The position numbers were made by a program, and so were the translations under genes. From NCBI GenBank assembly GCA_030685015.1, contig JAUXWS010000043.1, positions 26,844 to 90,843 of the forward strand: a stretch of DNA of 64,000 nucleotides, read 5' to 3'. Each line of letters opens with the position of its first letter. The stretch's first letter is position 1. Source of the DNA: a bacterium. GTDB lineage: Bacteria; CAIWAD01. A model generated the notes under the pieces. That model was not told the origin of the DNA. It did not search any database and saw nothing but the letters and a program-made list of their open reading frames with translations. Shown here piece after piece: positions 28,354-40,390 of this stretch.

Positions 28354-30512
28354 GGGCGGTCGGGACCGAAACGCTCCGCCAGCAGCTCCAGCATGCGCAG
28401 GGCCGCGTCGGGAATGACCGTGCCCGGCCCGAAAATGGCCCCGGCACCATTGGCCAGGAGGAAGTCGTAGTCCTGTTTGGGGATGACTCCCCCCACGACG
28501 AGGAGGATGTCCTCCCGATCCCTGCGCTTCAGTTCGGCGGCCAGCTCGGGCAGGAGGGTCTTGTGTCCGGCGGCCAGGCTGCTCATGCCCACCACGTGCA
28601 CGTCGTTCTCCACGGCCTGGCGCGCCGCCTCGGCCGGGGTCTGGAAGAGCGGGCCGACGTCCACGTCGAAGCCCATGTCGGCGTAGGCGGTGGCCACCAC
28701 CTTGGCGCCGCGATCGTGGCCGTCCTGCCCCAGCTTGACGATGAGGATGCGCGGCTGCCGGCCCGTGGCCGCGGCGAAGGCTTCGCAGCGTCGCCGCACC
28801 TCCTGGAAGTTGGCCATATCCTGCGCCTCCCGCGAATAGACGCCCGACACGCTGCGCACCACCGCCTGGTGCCGGCCGAAGACCTCCTCGAGGGCGAGGC
28901 TGATCTCCCCCAGGCTGGCCTGGGCCTCCACCGCCCTCACCGCCAGCTCGAGCAGGTTGACCTCCCCGCCGGGGTGGGCGGCGCCGTGGGTCAGGGCCTT
29001 GAGGGCGGCCTGGCAGCGGGCTTCGTCGCGCCCGGCACGCAGGCGCCTGAGCCGCTCGATCTGGGCCTCGCGCACGGCGCTGTTGTCCACTTCAAGAATC
29101 TCGATGGGGTCCTCGCGCTCCAGGCGGAAGCGGTTGAGGCCGACGATGGTGTCCTTGCCCGCGTCGATGCGCGCCTGGCGCCGGGCGGCCGCCTCCTCGA
29201 TGCGCAGTTTGGGCAGCCCGCTCTCGATGGCGCGGGCCATGCCGCCCAGCTCCTCCACCTCCTGGATGAGGCGCCAGGCGCGCCGGACCAGGTCGTGGGT
29301 GAGGCGCTCCACATGATGGCTGCCTCCCCACGGGTCCACCACGCGGCAGAGACCGCTTTCCTCCTGCAACAGGAGCTGGGTGTTGCGGGCGATGCGGGCG
29401 CTGAAATCAGTGGGCAGGGCGATCGCCTCGTCCAGGGCGTTGGTGTGCAGGCTCTGGGTGTGGCCACCCGCCGCCGCCAGGGCCTCGATGCAAGTGCGGG
29501 CCACATTGTTCCAGGGGTCCTGCTCGGTCAGGCTCCAGCCGCTGGTCTGGCAGTGCGTGCGCAGGGCCAGGCTTTTGGGATTGCGCGGATGGAAGGGCTG
29601 CAGGAGGCGCGGACAGAGCAGGCGGGGGGCGCGCAGTTTGGCCACTTCCAAGAAGTGGTGCATGCCGATGGCGAAGAAGAAGGAGAGGCGGGGGGCGAAG
29701 GCGTCGATGTCCAGGCCCGCCGCCAGGCCGCTGCGCACGTACTCGAGGCCGTCGGCCAGGGTGTAGGCCAGCTCCAGGTCCGCCGTGGCACCCGCTTCCT
29801 GCATGTGGTAGCCGCTGATGGAGATGCTGTTGTAGCGGGGCATGTGGCGGCTGGTGTAGCGGAAGATGTCGGCGATGATCCGCATGCTGGGCGCCGGTGG
29901 ATAGATGTAGGTGTTGCGGACCATGAACTCCTTCAGGATGTCGTTCTGGATCGTGCCGGCCAATTGATCCAGCGCGACGCCCTGCTCGCGGGCCGCCACG
30001 ATGTAGAGGGCCATGATGGGGAGGACGGCCCCGTTCATGGTCATGGAGACGGACATCTGGTCCAGGGGGATGCCGTCGAAGAGGATGCGCATGTCCAGGA
30101 TGGAGTCGATGGCGACGCCGGCTTTTCCCACGTCACCCGTCACCCGGGGGTGGTCGCTGTCATAGCCTCGATGGGTGGCCAGGTCGAAGGCGATGGACAG
30201 CCCCTTCTGCCCGGCGGCCAGGTTGCGGCGATAGAAGGCGTTGGACTCCTCGGCGGTGGAGAAGCCGGCGTACTGGCGCACCGTCCAGGGCTGGGTGACG
30301 TACATGAGCGGATAGGGTCCGCGCAGGAAGGGGGCGAGGCCGGCCGTGAAGCCCAGGTGCTCGAGGCCCTCCCCATCACGCTGGTCGTGACGGGAGGCCA
30401 CCTCGATCTGCTCGGCCGTTTGCCACCGGCCGGCCCCGTCGCGCGGCAGGGCCAGACCCGAACCCGCCACGGCTTTCCAGGGCAGGCGGCTGAAATCCGG
30501 CAGGCGGCTCAT
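28350..30512 (-). CDS. mutB: Methylmalonyl-CoA mutase large (catalytic, B12-binding) subunit.
   Basis: TIM-barrel substrate domain ([22 protein letters not shown]...). C-terminal cobalamin-binding Rossmann domain with DxHxxG ([12 protein letters not shown]). 720 aa. Confidence 0.9.
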   Translation of the reverse strand: MSRLPDFSRLPWKAVAGSGLALPRDGAGRWQTAEQIEVASRHDQRDGEGLEHLGFTAGLAPFLRGPYPLMYVTQPWTVRQYAGFSTAEESNAFYRRNLAAGQKGLSIAFDLATHRGYDSDHPRVTGDVGKAGVAIDSILDMRILFDGIPLDQMSVSMTMNGAVLPIMALYIVAAREQGVALDQLAGTIQNDILKEFMVRNTYIYPPAPSMRIIADIFRYTSRHMPRYNSISISGYHMQEAGATADLELAYTLADGLEYVRSGLAAGLDIDAFAPRLSFFFAIGMHHFLEVAKLRAPRLLCPRLLQPFHPRNPKSLALRTHCQTSGWSLTEQDPWNNVARTCIEALAAAGGHTQSLHTNALDEAIALPTDFSARIARNTQLLLQEESGLCRVVDPWGGSHHVERLTHDLVRRAWRLIQEVEELGGMARAIESGLPKLRIEEAAARRQARIDAGKDTIVGLNRFRLEREDPIEILEVDNSAVREAQIERLRRLRAGRDEARCQAALKALTHGAAHPGGEVNLLELAVRAVEAQASLGEISLALEEVFGRHQAVVRSVSGVYSREAQDMANFQEVRRRCEAFAAATGRQPRILIVKLGQDGHDRGAKVVATAYADMGFDVDVGPLFQTPAEAARQAVENDVHVVGMSSLAAGHKTLLPELAAELKRRDREDILLVVGGVIPKQDYDFLLANGAGAIFGPGTVIPDAALRMLELLAERFGPDRP

Positions 30513-32377
30513 GTGGACACCTCCACGTGATGCAGGATTTGGGTGAAGAGGTCGCTCATGCTGCCCTTGACGTGGAGAAAGCCCGCCACGCCGGCGTCCC
30601 GCAGGGCATCCACCTGCTCGGGTGGATGGCCGGCGAGCAGGATGAGGGCGGGCCGGCGTCCGGCCTCCCCCTCCCGTCGCCGCAAGCCGGCCACGAAGGC
30701 GGGGGCCAGTTCAGGGTAGCTCTCGTCCGTCGAGCAGAGGATGGTCACGGGCGCGCCGGACTGGAAGGCGGCGGCGGCGGCCAGATCCCCGTCAGCGGCG
30801 CCCTCTCCCTGGATGCTTCGCCAGCCTCCCGCCGCCAGCAGGCCGCGGCAGAAGTCGGCCCGGGCCTTGTGCTGGCGCAGCGGGCCACAGCAGGCCAGCC
30901 AGACGGGGCCGGCGCCCTGGGTGGCCGCCGCCTCCCCGCGGCGGCGCAGGGCCTCCAGCTCCTCGGCCAGGCGCCGGGGCCGGAGGGGCGCGAAATCGTC
31001 GCCGGTGGACGCCACTGCTTCCGGGTCATGGCTGTCCCGCGCCCAGTCGGGCAGCTTCTCGGCCAGGTTGGGATACACGCTGGTGCCCACCAGCGCCTCC
31101 CGGCGCCGGGCCAAACGGGCGGCGCGGCGCTCCGCCGCCTCGCGGATCCAGCCCTGGGGCAGGCCTTCCACCAGGGCCGCCCACCAGCCGCCGGCGGACT
31201 CCAGGTCCTGGAAGAGGCTCCAGGCCGCCTCCGCCATCCCGGCCGTCAGGCTTTCCAGATACCAGCTGCCCCGCCCCGGATCGGCCACGCGGGCCAGATG
31301 GGCCTCCTCCTGCAGGATGACCTGAGTGTTGGCGGCCAGGCGCCGGGCCTGCTCGTCGGTCTGGCCCAGTCCCTCCGCCATGGAGGGCAGGTGCAGGCTG
31401 TCGGCACCACCGACGCCCGCGGCAAAACCCTGCAGCGTGGCGCGCAGCAGGTTGGTCCAGGGATCGTGGCGGGTTTGGGTGCGCAAGGCGCCGCGCACGC
31501 GCAGCACAATGCGGCGCTGCTCCGGCGGTCGGCCGCAGGCCTCGAGGATGCGAGCCGCCAGGAGCCGGGCGGCGCGCAATTTGGCCATGGTGTCGAATAC
31601 CTCGCGCCCGGCGGCCAGTTCGTGTCGCGCGCCAGCCAGGGCCTCTTCGAGGGGAGCCCCCGCCTCCTCCAGGTCGCGCAGGCCGGCTGTCCAGCAGGCG
31701 AGCCAGCAGGCCAGCTCCTGGGCCGGGCTGGCTCCCGCCTCGTGGGCGGTCACTCCGCTGGCCAGCCAGGAGGCGCTCAGCGGTTCCGGATTCGACGCCG
31801 CCCAGAGGTGGGCCAGGTCGCGGGCGGTGGTGGCCAGGGGATGTTTGCCCTGGATGAGGGCCGGGCTGATCCAGTCCGCCAACAGGACATGCGGTCCTCC
31901 CGGCAGGGTGCCGAGCAGGCGGTGGGCCAGGGCCACCTCCGGCCCCGCTTCCAGCTCCACCACGGCCTTGCCGGACGGGAGGCCACTGAGCAAGCGGCCC
32001 AGGGCCTGCCCATCACGCGGGACCTGCCGGCCCAAGGTGAGGGGCAGCACCCGCTGGCCGCGAGCGGCCAGCCACGCCAGTTCGCGGCCCAGGGCGGCGG
32101 CCTCGGTGCACTGCGGATGCTGGCGAATCTCCCAGGCGGCGGGCAGCTCCCCCTCCACCACCGCCCCCGGGGGGTCCACCAGCTGCAGATGCAGCAATTG
32201 GGCACAGGAGGCTTCGCTGTAGATGGGCTCCCGCGGGAGGCCGTCCTCCGTCTCTCCCGGCAGCGATTCGAGACTACGCCCCTTGAGGCTTTCCCTGGCC
32301 CTGGCGGCCCAATCCGCGGCGCTTGATTTCGGAAACGCCGCGAAGAGCGGCGTGGAAGGAGGGGACTGGTCGGCCAT
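30509..32377 (-). CDS. mutA: Methylmalonyl-CoA mutase small subunit.
   Basis: Mutase-family fold lacking the B12-binding His motif. Stop/start overlap with mutB. Start chosen at MADQSPP, where GGGAG lies 5-6 nt upstream; an alternative ATG lies at 32434. Confidence 0.75.
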   Translation of the reverse strand: MADQSPPSTPLFAAFPKSSAADWAARARESLKGRSLESLPGETEDGLPREPIYSEASCAQLLHLQLVDPPGAVVEGELPAAWEIRQHPQCTEAAALGRELAWLAARGQRVLPLTLGRQVPRDGQALGRLLSGLPSGKAVVELEAGPEVALAHRLLGTLPGGPHVLLADWISPALIQGKHPLATTARDLAHLWAASNPEPLSASWLASGVTAHEAGASPAQELACWLACWTAGLRDLEEAGAPLEEALAGARHELAAGREVFDTMAKLRAARLLAARILEACGRPPEQRRIVLRVRGALRTQTRHDPWTNLLRATLQGFAAGVGGADSLHLPSMAEGLGQTDEQARRLAANTQVILQEEAHLARVADPGRGSWYLESLTAGMAEAAWSLFQDLESAGGWWAALVEGLPQGWIREAAERRAARLARRREALVGTSVYPNLAEKLPDWARDSHDPEAVASTGDDFAPLRPRRLAEELEALRRRGEAAATQGAGPVWLACCGPLRQHKARADFCRGLLAAGGWRSIQGEGAADGDLAAAAAFQSGAPVTILCSTDESYPELAPAFVAGLRRREGEAGRRPALILLAGHPPEQVDALRDAGVAGFLHVKGSMSDLFTQILHHVEVST

Positions 32378-32566
32378 GACACTCCCTTGCATCTGACAAT
32401 TCCCGGCCCCTTCCTTCCCAAGCCTGGGAAGCACCTGCCATCCGCGCCCGTCGTGGCGGGGGGATTCCTTTGTCCTTCATGGCTTTCACCTGAAAGCAGG
32501 GACATGCTGGCGTTGGAGAGCAAGCATCGTGCCCGAAGGCCTGGCCGCAAGACGCGGCAAGGCCGG

Positions 32567-33250
32567 TCAGCCGTGCAGCTTGCGAAACTCGGCAAAGTTG
32601 TGGACCACGAGGTCGGAGCCGCTGCGCTCCAGCCAGCCTTCGCTTTCCAGCCGGGCCAGCAGGCGGGACATGGTCTCGCGGCTGGTGCCCGCCATGGAGG
32701 CCAGATCCCGCTGCAGGGGGAGGTTGACCAGGATCATGTCCGTGCCGGACTCCCGTCCCAGGTCCCGGCAAAGATGGACCAGGGTGTTGATCACGCGTCC
32801 CCGCGCGTCCAGCGAAGAGAGGGAGACGAGCTGGGCGTCCGTCTTGCGGATGCGGCCGGCCATCAGTTTCAAGAGGGTGATGGCGACCGATGGATGGCTT
32901 TGCAGGATGTCGAAGAAGTCCTTGCGGCGCAGGCTGAGCAGCTCCACCTCCTCCAGCGAGGTGACGGTGGCGCTGCGCGGCCCCCCGTCCACGATGGACA
33001 GCTCGCCGAAGAAATCGGCTGGGCCGAGGATGGCGAGGATGACCTCCTCCCCGGAGGAGTTGATGCGGGAGATCTTGACCCGGCCGCTGCGGATGACGAA
33101 GAGGACCTGGCCCTCGTCCTCCTCGAAGATGATCAGGTTGTTCTTGCGGTACCGCTTGACGCTGAGGCGCTCCGCCACGCGCATCAGGTCGCCGTCCTCC
33201 AGATCCTCGAAGAGGATGACACTGCGCAGGAAGAGGGGATCCGTCATCAT
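32567..33250 (-). CDS. Crp/Fnr-family transcriptional regulator.
   Basis: N-terminal cNMP-binding beta-roll (GPADFFGELSIVDGGPRSATV). C-terminal helix-turn-helix (RDLASMAGTSRETMSRLLARL). Confidence 0.85.
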   Translation of the reverse strand: MMTDPLFLRSVILFEDLEDGDLMRVAERLSVKRYRKNNLIIFEEDEGQVLFVIRSGRVKISRINSSGEEVILAILGPADFFGELSIVDGGPRSATVTSLEEVELLSLRRKDFFDILQSHPSVAITLLKLMAGRIRKTDAQLVSLSSLDARGRVINTLVHLCRDLGRESGTDMILVNLPLQRDLASMAGTSRETMSRLLARLESEGWLERSGSDLVVHNFAEFRKLHG

Positions 33251-33576
33251 GAGGCTTCCTCCCGGGCTTCCGGTTCCTTCTGGACCTCGCGCCCGCCGGC
33301 GGCAAGGCGGGTGATCTGCTCGCGGACGGCGGGCAGCAGGAAAGCCCGCTCCAGATCCTCACCCGCCAGGATGCGGGCCAGGACCAGGGATCGATCATGC
33401 AGGGACAAGCGACGATTAAGGATGATGAGTTGCTCGTCGCGGGAACGACACCGACCGCTGCGGAAGGAGCCTCGTTCGGTGCGCACTGTGAACCCCAGTG
33501 TCCGGGCCGCCTCCTCCAGGCCGGCCAGGAGCTCCCGGTCCCTGGCCTCGCGCGTGGCTGTGCGGGACATGTCCAT
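33247..33576 (-). CDS. Small hypothetical protein (109 aa), Arg/Glu-rich.
   Basis: GC3-rich open frame whose stop overlaps the crp ATG (ATGA). I recognise no known domain. The longer provided ORF 33247..34050 is an N-terminal extension with junk-like composition. Confidence 0.35.
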   Translation of the reverse strand: MDMSRTATREARDRELLAGLEEAARTLGFTVRTERGSFRSGRCRSRDEQLIILNRRLSLHDRSLVLARILAGEDLERAFLLPAVREQITRLAAGGREVQKEPEAREEAS

Positions 33577-33683
33577 GGCCAGAAGGTAGCGCCCGCACGG
33601 GGCGGCTCCAAGCCAGGGCCCCAGGACCCTGCTCGGCCATGCCGGGCGACGGAGTACTCCCGACGGCCGTGTCCGGGGGAGGC

Positions 33684-34766
33684 CTAAAGCAGCTCGTGCA
33701 GACCCTCGTCCTTGAGGCGCTGGATGACCAGGGGCAATTCCTGATGACGCTCCATGGCGCAGATGAGGAGGGCGTCGGGCGTGTCCACCACGATCGTGTC
33801 CTGCATGCCCAGCAGCACGACCGTGCGCCGATCGGCCTGGACATGGCAACCCCGGCTGACCACGAAAAGGGCCTCGCCCTGGGTCGTGTTGCCTGCCTCG
33901 TCCTTCTCCAGCATGCGGTGGATCTCGGCCCAGGTGCCCACATCGTTCCAGGGAAAGGAGCAGCGGATCACCCGGACCTTGCCCGCCATCCGTCCGGCGG
34001 GTTCCATCACCCCCACGTCGATGGAGACGGAACGTAGACCGGTATAACACAGGGAAAGCGCCGCCTCGAAACCGGGTTCGTCCAGCTCCGGCTCCAGGGC
34101 GGCCACCGCCTCCCAGGTGTCGGGCAGCCAGTTTTCCAGGGCGTCGATCAGGACATCGTTCTCCCAGACGAAAATGCCCGCGTTCCAGAGGAAGTCCCCT
34201 GAGCGGAGGAAGCGCGTGGCCGTCATCAGGTTGGGCTTCTCGGCGAAGGTGCGCACCGCGTGCACGCCGGGATGCAGCTCCTCCTCCTCATGCTGGATGT
34301 AGCCGTAGCCCGTTTCCGGCCGGTCGGGGGCGATCCCCAGGGTGACCAGATGGCCACCGCGACAGGCCGTGAGCGCCCGCTCCAGGGTGCAGAGGAACTC
34401 CTCGTCGTCCCCCACGTAATGGTCTGCCGGCAGCACGATGACGCGGGCGTCGGGATCGCGCCGGCGGACGATGAGGGAGGCAAGGGCGATGCAGGGCGCC
34501 GTGTTGCGTCCGATGGGCTCGCCGATCACGTTGCCGGGCGGAAGGGCGGGCAACAGCTCCCGGCTGCGCTGCGCGTGCAGGGCGCTGGTGATGACCAGGA
34601 TCCGATCGGCCGGAACCAGGGGCAGCAGGCGGCGCACGGTTTCCACCAGCAGGGGCTGCTCCCCGAAGACGGACAGGAACTGCTTGGGCCGTTCAATGCG
34701 CGACAGGGGCCAGAAGCGCGCCCCCACGCCTCCCGCCATCACCACGGCCCAGACGCGTTCGCTCAT
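33684..34766 (-). CDS. manC: Mannose-1-phosphate guanylyltransferase.
   Basis: N-terminal nucleotidyltransferase motif MAGGVGARFWPLS. Matches GDP-mannose pyrophosphorylase throughout. Trimmed to MSERVWAVV. The ATG overlaps the stop of the upstream lipoprotein gene. Confidence 0.85.
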   Translation of the reverse strand: MSERVWAVVMAGGVGARFWPLSRIERPKQFLSVFGEQPLLVETVRRLLPLVPADRILVITSALHAQRSRELLPALPPGNVIGEPIGRNTAPCIALASLIVRRRDPDARVIVLPADHYVGDDEEFLCTLERALTACRGGHLVTLGIAPDRPETGYGYIQHEEEELHPGVHAVRTFAEKPNLMTATRFLRSGDFLWNAGIFVWENDVLIDALENWLPDTWEAVAALEPELDEPGFEAALSLCYTGLRSVSIDVGVMEPAGRMAGKVRVIRCSFPWNDVGTWAEIHRMLEKDEAGNTTQGEALFVVSRGCHVQADRRTVVLLGMQDTIVVDTPDALLICAMERHQELPLVIQRLKDEGLHELL

Positions 34767-36412
34767 GGTATCCACTCCGGCAAATGCAATTGGATGTCGC
34801 CCTGGATCCAGCCCGGAAGAACCTCCACGGTGTCGGCCAGGACCACCCATGGTTCCGCCGGCAGCCCGTCCAGGCGCCCGGGCGACCAGCTCCGGGAGCC
34901 GTCGCGGTCGTCATAGAGCGCAAAGAGCAGGCGGCCGGCGGGCAATTGGTCGGCCGATCCCCCATAGGCGATGGGCAGGTCGCGATCCCCCTCGGCATGG
35001 CGCAGCACCAGCCGCCAGGAGCTGTCCCGGGGACCGCGGTTCCAGGACCACTGGACACCGCCGCTGGCCCGGGGCGGCGCGGCGGCCGGCACGGGCAGGA
35101 CCAGGAGGCTGTCCGGCCAGACATGCGGGCCGGCGCTGAGGAATCCTCTTTCCACCCAGAGCTGGCCCCCTTCGCGTACCGGACCCAGTTCCAGCGTGCT
35201 GGCCGAGCGGCGGTGCACGGCCACGCCCAGGCTGTCCTCCCCGCTCCGCTGCCAGGCTCCCTCCGGCCGGCAGGAGACGGCATGGCGCGCCTCCAGGGTC
35301 AGGACGCCCTGGCGCCAGGCCTGGCCCAGGCCGCCGGGATCGATCAGGGACTCCCGGAAGGCAGCGGGGGGCGGCCGCAGCTGCAAGGTGTCCCGCCCGT
35401 CCACGAGCGCCAGGTGATGGGGCAGGGAATCCGCCTCCTCGGCCAGGAAAAGCAGCCATCCCTCCGGCGCCGCCTTCAATCCGGAAAGTGGAACCTGACG
35501 CCCGGACTCGCACGTCAGGCGCAGCAGGTCCAGCCGCAGGCTGTCCGCCGCCGGGCCGCGGCGCAGGGAATCGGCCCACCCGGCCAGGGCGGGCGCCTCC
35601 AGCCAGGCGCGGAACTGGATGCGTTCCCGGTCGAGAAAGTGGCCGCCCAGCAAGGAGAGTGTATCCGGACCGGCCAAGGTGCCCAGGCGGAAGAGGACGG
35701 GCTGTCCGGCCAGCGTGTCCGGCACGGCGAGCGCGCGACTGGGCAGGGCGGCGCGCTCCCGGTCGGGGTCCCACCAGCCGTCCCGGTTGAGGTCCTCCAC
35801 GGCCAGGGCGAACCAGGCGCCGGGGGGCAGTCCCTGGAAAAGGACGCGGCCCCGCTCGTCGGGACTGCTGCGCCAGGGAGCCCGCGTGAAGCGCCGCGAC
35901 GGACGCTCTTCGGCGGGCCACAACCACAGTTCGGCCCGACCGCCGCCATCGGGCGGCGTCACTTCCAACATGAGGAAGAGGGTGTCCAGTTTCGCACCCG
36001 TGGAAAATGGGATGCGCAGGGGTGAGGGCAGGTGGTTGCCCGCCAGGTCGCGGGCCGCCGTGCCAAGTTCCAGGGTCCAGGTGCGATCGGGCGGCAAGGG
36101 GCGGGATGGCCTGACCCGCAGGCGCCGCCCCCGCCAGTCCAGCTCCAGCTCCCCCTCCGGGCGCGGATTGAGGCTGAGGGCGGAGCGCACGCTGGCCCGA
36201 TCCATGTACTCGCTGAAATGGAAGACGAAATCTGGGCGGGCCTCCACCTGGGTGGCCCCCGGCTTGAGCCGATCCAGACGAAGGGTCGGCGGCTGAGTGT
36301 CGGGTGGTCCGCCCGGTGGGGGCTGGATGCGGGCGCACCCGACCAGCAACAGGACAAGGCCGATGCCTACCCCAAGCAGCCAGGCCAATGGGCGGCCGCA
36401 CAGCCGGCGCAT
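34763..36412 (-). CDS. Lipoprotein with Ig-like (Big_5/SbsA-Ig-type) domains.
   Basis: Signal peptide with lipobox (LLLVGCA). N-terminal PPTLRLDRLKPGATQV...AARDLAGNHL Ig-like domain. Rich in W/R/P. The start is uncertain; alternatives lie at 36436 and 36535. Confidence 0.5.
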   Translation of the reverse strand: MRRLCGRPLAWLLGVGIGLVLLLVGCARIQPPPGGPPDTQPPTLRLDRLKPGATQVEARPDFVFHFSEYMDRASVRSALSLNPRPEGELELDWRGRRLRVRPSRPLPPDRTWTLELGTAARDLAGNHLPSPLRIPFSTGAKLDTLFLMLEVTPPDGGGRAELWLWPAEERPSRRFTRAPWRSSPDERGRVLFQGLPPGAWFALAVEDLNRDGWWDPDRERAALPSRALAVPDTLAGQPVLFRLGTLAGPDTLSLLGGHFLDRERIQFRAWLEAPALAGWADSLRRGPAADSLRLDLLRLTCESGRQVPLSGLKAAPEGWLLFLAEEADSLPHHLALVDGRDTLQLRPPPAAFRESLIDPGGLGQAWRQGVLTLEARHAVSCRPEGAWQRSGEDSLGVAVHRRSASTLELGPVREGGQLWVERGFLSAGPHVWPDSLLVLPVPAAAPPRASGGVQWSWNRGPRDSSWRLVLRHAEGDRDLPIAYGGSADQLPAGRLLFALYDDRDGSRSWSPGRLDGLPAEPWVVLADTVEVLPGWIQGDIQLHLPEWIP

Positions 36413-36578
36413 CAAGCCGCGGTCCAGGCCATCCATGGACGCGGCGGCCCTGCCGGGCGGGTGGTGTGGGTCAGGGCGACCAACATGCATTGTTGAAGCA
36501 ATCTCCGCCTGCCGTGCCGACCAACGCTTGCGCATATCAGATACCGGTTGCGGCTGAAACCCTCGTCCCGATCCGGCT

Positions 36579-37511
<933 letters not shown>

Positions 37512-37573
37512 GGACCTTCCGGAACTGGGAGGACCCGCCGCGGCGGGTCCCCGGTTGCTGCGCCGCGCGTGGC

Positions 37574-38875
37574 CTATGGGCGGCCGATGGACTGATACTC
37601 GAAGCCCAGCTTGCGCATGCGATCGGGCCGATAGATGTTGCGGCCGTCGAACACGATGGGCGACTTCATCAGGTCCAGCATTCGTGCGAAGTCCGGCTCG
37701 CGGAAGTCGGACCATTCCGTCGCCACGATGAGGGCATCCGCCCCGCGCAGGGCCTCGTAGTTGTCCGCGGCGAAGGCCACGTCCTCCCCCAGCCGGCGCC
37801 GGGCCTCGTCCATCGCCTCCGGATCGTAGACCTGGAAGGCGGCCCCGGCCGCGTGCAACCCGGCGATGATGTCCAGGGCCGGCGCCTCGCGCATGTCGTC
37901 CGTGCGGGGCTTGAAGGCCAGGCCCCAGAGCGCCAGGGTGCGACCGCTCAGATCCTGTCCGAAGCGGGCCTTGACCCGCTCCACAAGCAGGCGCTTCTGC
38001 TCGGCGTTCACCTCCTCCACGGCCTTGAGAATGCGGAAGTCATAACCGTGCTCGCCCGCCGTGCGGATGATCGCCTTGACATCCTTTGGGAAGCAACTGC
38101 CGCCATAGCCCACGCCCGGAAAGAGGAACTGCTGGCCGATGCGCGTGTCGCTGCCGATGCCCTGTCGCACCATCTCCACGTTGGCGCCCACCCGGTCACA
38201 GATGCGCGAGATCTCGTTCATGAAGGAGATCTTGGTGGCCAGCATGGCGTTGGCCGCATACTTGGTCAACTCCGCGCTGCGCACGTCCATCATGATGATG
38301 GGGTGGCCCGTGCGCACGAAGGGGGCGTACAGCTCGAGCATGGCTTCCCGCGCCCGCTCCGTGTCCGCTCCGACCACCACCCGGTCGGGCTTGAGGAAAT
38401 CGTTGATGGCGGCGCCTTCCTTGAGGAATTCGGGGTTGGAGACCACATCGAACTCGTGGCTGGTGGCGGCGCGGATCACCTCGCGCACCTTGTCGGCCGT
38501 GCCCACGGGCACGGTGGACTTGTCCACCACCACCGTGTAGCCGGTCATGGCGCCTCCCACATCCCGCGCTGCGGCCAGCACGTGCTGCAGGTCGGCGCTG
38601 CCGTCCTCGTCGGGGGGGGTGCCCACAGCGATGAACACCACCTGTGAACGGGCAACGGCGCCAGCGGTGTCCGTCGTGAAGCCCAGTCGCCCTTGCTTGA
38701 CCACACGGTCCAGCAGCTCCTTGAGGCCGGGTTCAAAGATGGGGATGCGGCCCGCGTTGAGCAGGTCGATCTTGCCCTTGTCCACGTCCACGCAGACGAC
38801 ATCATTCCCCACTTCGGCGAAACAGACCCCCACCACCAGGCCCACATAGCCCGTGCCGATCACGGTGATCTTCAT
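37574..38875 (-). CDS. ugd: UDP-glucose 6-dehydrogenase.
   Basis: N-terminal [17 protein letters not shown]-binding motif and catalytic GGSCFPKD motif. Trimmed to Met-24. Confidence 0.9.
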   Translation of the reverse strand: MKITVIGTGYVGLVVGVCFAEVGNDVVCVDVDKGKIDLLNAGRIPIFEPGLKELLDRVVKQGRLGFTTDTAGAVARSQVVFIAVGTPPDEDGSADLQHVLAAARDVGGAMTGYTVVVDKSTVPVGTADKVREVIRAATSHEFDVVSNPEFLKEGAAINDFLKPDRVVVGADTERAREAMLELYAPFVRTGHPIIMMDVRSAELTKYAANAMLATKISFMNEISRICDRVGANVEMVRQGIGSDTRIGQQFLFPGVGYGGSCFPKDVKAIIRTAGEHGYDFRILKAVEEVNAEQKRLLVERVKARFGQDLSGRTLALWGLAFKPRTDDMREAPALDIIAGLHAAGAAFQVYDPEAMDEARRRLGEDVAFAADNYEALRGADALIVATEWSDFREPDFARMLDLMKSPIVFDGRNIYRPDRMRKLGFEYQSIGRP

Positions 38876-39588
38876 CCTGCGACTCCTGCAATCAATTGGT
38901 TGGCCAAGGCCAGCGACTCGAAGGTGCCGGCATCCGTCCACCACCCGTCGAGCACTTCACTGCGCAGAGTGCCACGCCGGATGTAGGCATTGTTCACGTC
39001 GGTGATCTCCAGCTCGCCCCGGCCTGATGGCTTGAGCGTGCGGATGATCTCGAAGACAGCGGCGGTGTAGTAGTAGATGCCGGTCACGGCATAGTTGCTG
39101 CGGGGCTGCCTTGGCTTCTCCTCGATGCCGGACACCCGGCCCTCCACCACCTCGGCCACACCGTAGCGGCCGGGATCGGACACCTCCTTGACCAGGATCT
39201 GCGCCTCGGCGCCGGAGCCAAGAAAGGCCGCGCTGGCGTCGACCAGGGAGGATTGGAAGATGTTGTCCCCCAGGAGGACCAGCATGGGGTCCGTGCCGAC
39301 AAAGCCCTCGGCCAGGCCCAGGGCCTGGGCGATGCCCCCCGCCTCGTCCTGCACGCGATAGGTGAGGCGGCAATCGAAGGCCCGGCCGCTGCCCAGCAGG
39401 TTGACCACATCGCCCATGTGTTCTAGGCCGGTCACCACCAGGATATCCCGGATGCCCGTCTCCAGCATCTTCTTGAGAGGGTGGTGGATCATCGGCTCAC
39501 GGCCGACAGGGAGCAGGTGCTTGTTGGTGACTTTGGTGAGGGGGTGCAGGCGTGATCCCGTTCCACCCGCGAGGAGGATGCCCTTCAT
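38872..39588 (-). CDS. Sugar-phosphate nucleotidyltransferase (glucose-1-phosphate thymidylyl/uridylyltransferase-like).
   Basis: Conserved [16 protein letters not shown] nucleotidyltransferase motif near the N-terminus. About 238 aa. The stop overlaps the ugd start. Confidence 0.75.
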   Translation of the reverse strand: MKGILLAGGTGSRLHPLTKVTNKHLLPVGREPMIHHPLKKMLETGIRDILVVTGLEHMGDVVNLLGSGRAFDCRLTYRVQDEAGGIAQALGLAEGFVGTDPMLVLLGDNIFQSSLVDASAAFLGSGAEAQILVKEVSDPGRYGVAEVVEGRVSGIEEKPRQPRSNYAVTGIYYYTAAVFEIIRTLKPSGRGELEITDVNNAYIRRGTLRSEVLDGWWTDAGTFESLALANQLIAGVAG

Positions 39589-39763
39589 GGTGCCCTTCAA
39601 CTGGAGGCTCAACACAGCCCCGGCGGGAAAGGCAGGATCCCCCGGCTGGACCGCGTCCTTCCCTCCCGCTGCGGAGGGGCGGCCCGCCCGGCGCCCATCT
39701 TGTTCATCAACTGATCCGCCGGCCTGCTCACGCCGATTGAAGGTAAAGAAGCACCGCCAGACC

Positions 39764-40390
39764 TCAAGGCAGGGTGGTCACCGGGGTCAGGCGATCCTGA
39801 TGGTCGGGGCGGCGCGACGCGGCGGCGGAGGAATCCTCCTCCCAAATACGTTCAGCCAGGACGCCGTACTGCGGCGGGGTGGGGGTGGTCGTGGCCAAAC
39901 TATCCTCCAGCATGACCGGACCGGCCGCTTCACCCTCCGCGGTGGCATTGGCCAATTGCCCGGCTCCCGGAGAGGCCGGACCCGACCACCTGCCCAGCAG
40001 GCCAAGCACGAGGGCGGCGGCCGCGCCGGCCACCACGAGGGCGGCGGGACGCCGCCACCAGGAGCGATGGCGCAGCTCCACCACCATGCCCCGAGGCGCC
40101 AGCCCGGCGCCCCCTTCCAGCTTGGCATCAGGCTCAAAGCGGTCGGCGGCCGGGTCGCTGCCGTTGGCGCGCAGCGATTCCAGACGGCTGAACAGGTCCT
40201 GTTCAAAGGAGGGGTCGGGCGCTTGGCGCAAGCCGGGGAGGCTGGCGCGCAGGCTGGCAATGCGGTCGGCCGTCAAGCGGCAGGCGGCGCAGAGCTCCAG
40301 GTGCCCCTGGATGGCGCCACCCTCCGGATGGCCCGCCGGGTCCGCCAGCCAATCCCACAGTTCCGAAGAAACCTGGTCGCAAGGAATCAT
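39764..40390 (-). CDS. Anti-sigma factor (zf-HC2-type) with one transmembrane helix.
   Basis: N-terminal H..C..C putative zinc-binding motif (HLELCAAC). Central TM (PAALVVAGAAAALVLGLLG). Located immediately downstream of, and overlapping, an ECF sigma-factor gene. Confidence 0.7.
   Translation of the reverse strand: MIPCDQVSSELWDWLADPAGHPEGGAIQGHLELCAACRLTADRIASLRASLPGLRQAPDPSFEQDLFSRLESLRANGSDPAADRFEPDAKLEGGAGLAPRGMVVELRHRSWWRRPAALVVAGAAAALVLGLLGRWSGPASPGAGQLANATAEGEAAGPVMLEDSLATTTPTPPQYGVLAERIWEEDSSAAASRRPDHQDRLTPVTTLP

Noticed and set aside
32378-32566. A cobalamin riboswitch upstream of the B12-dependent mutase genes.
   Set aside because: The region is shorter than typical cobalamin riboswitches. 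No B12-box-like conserved core was recognisable by eye. B12 riboswitches normally control uptake or synthesis genes, not mutases.
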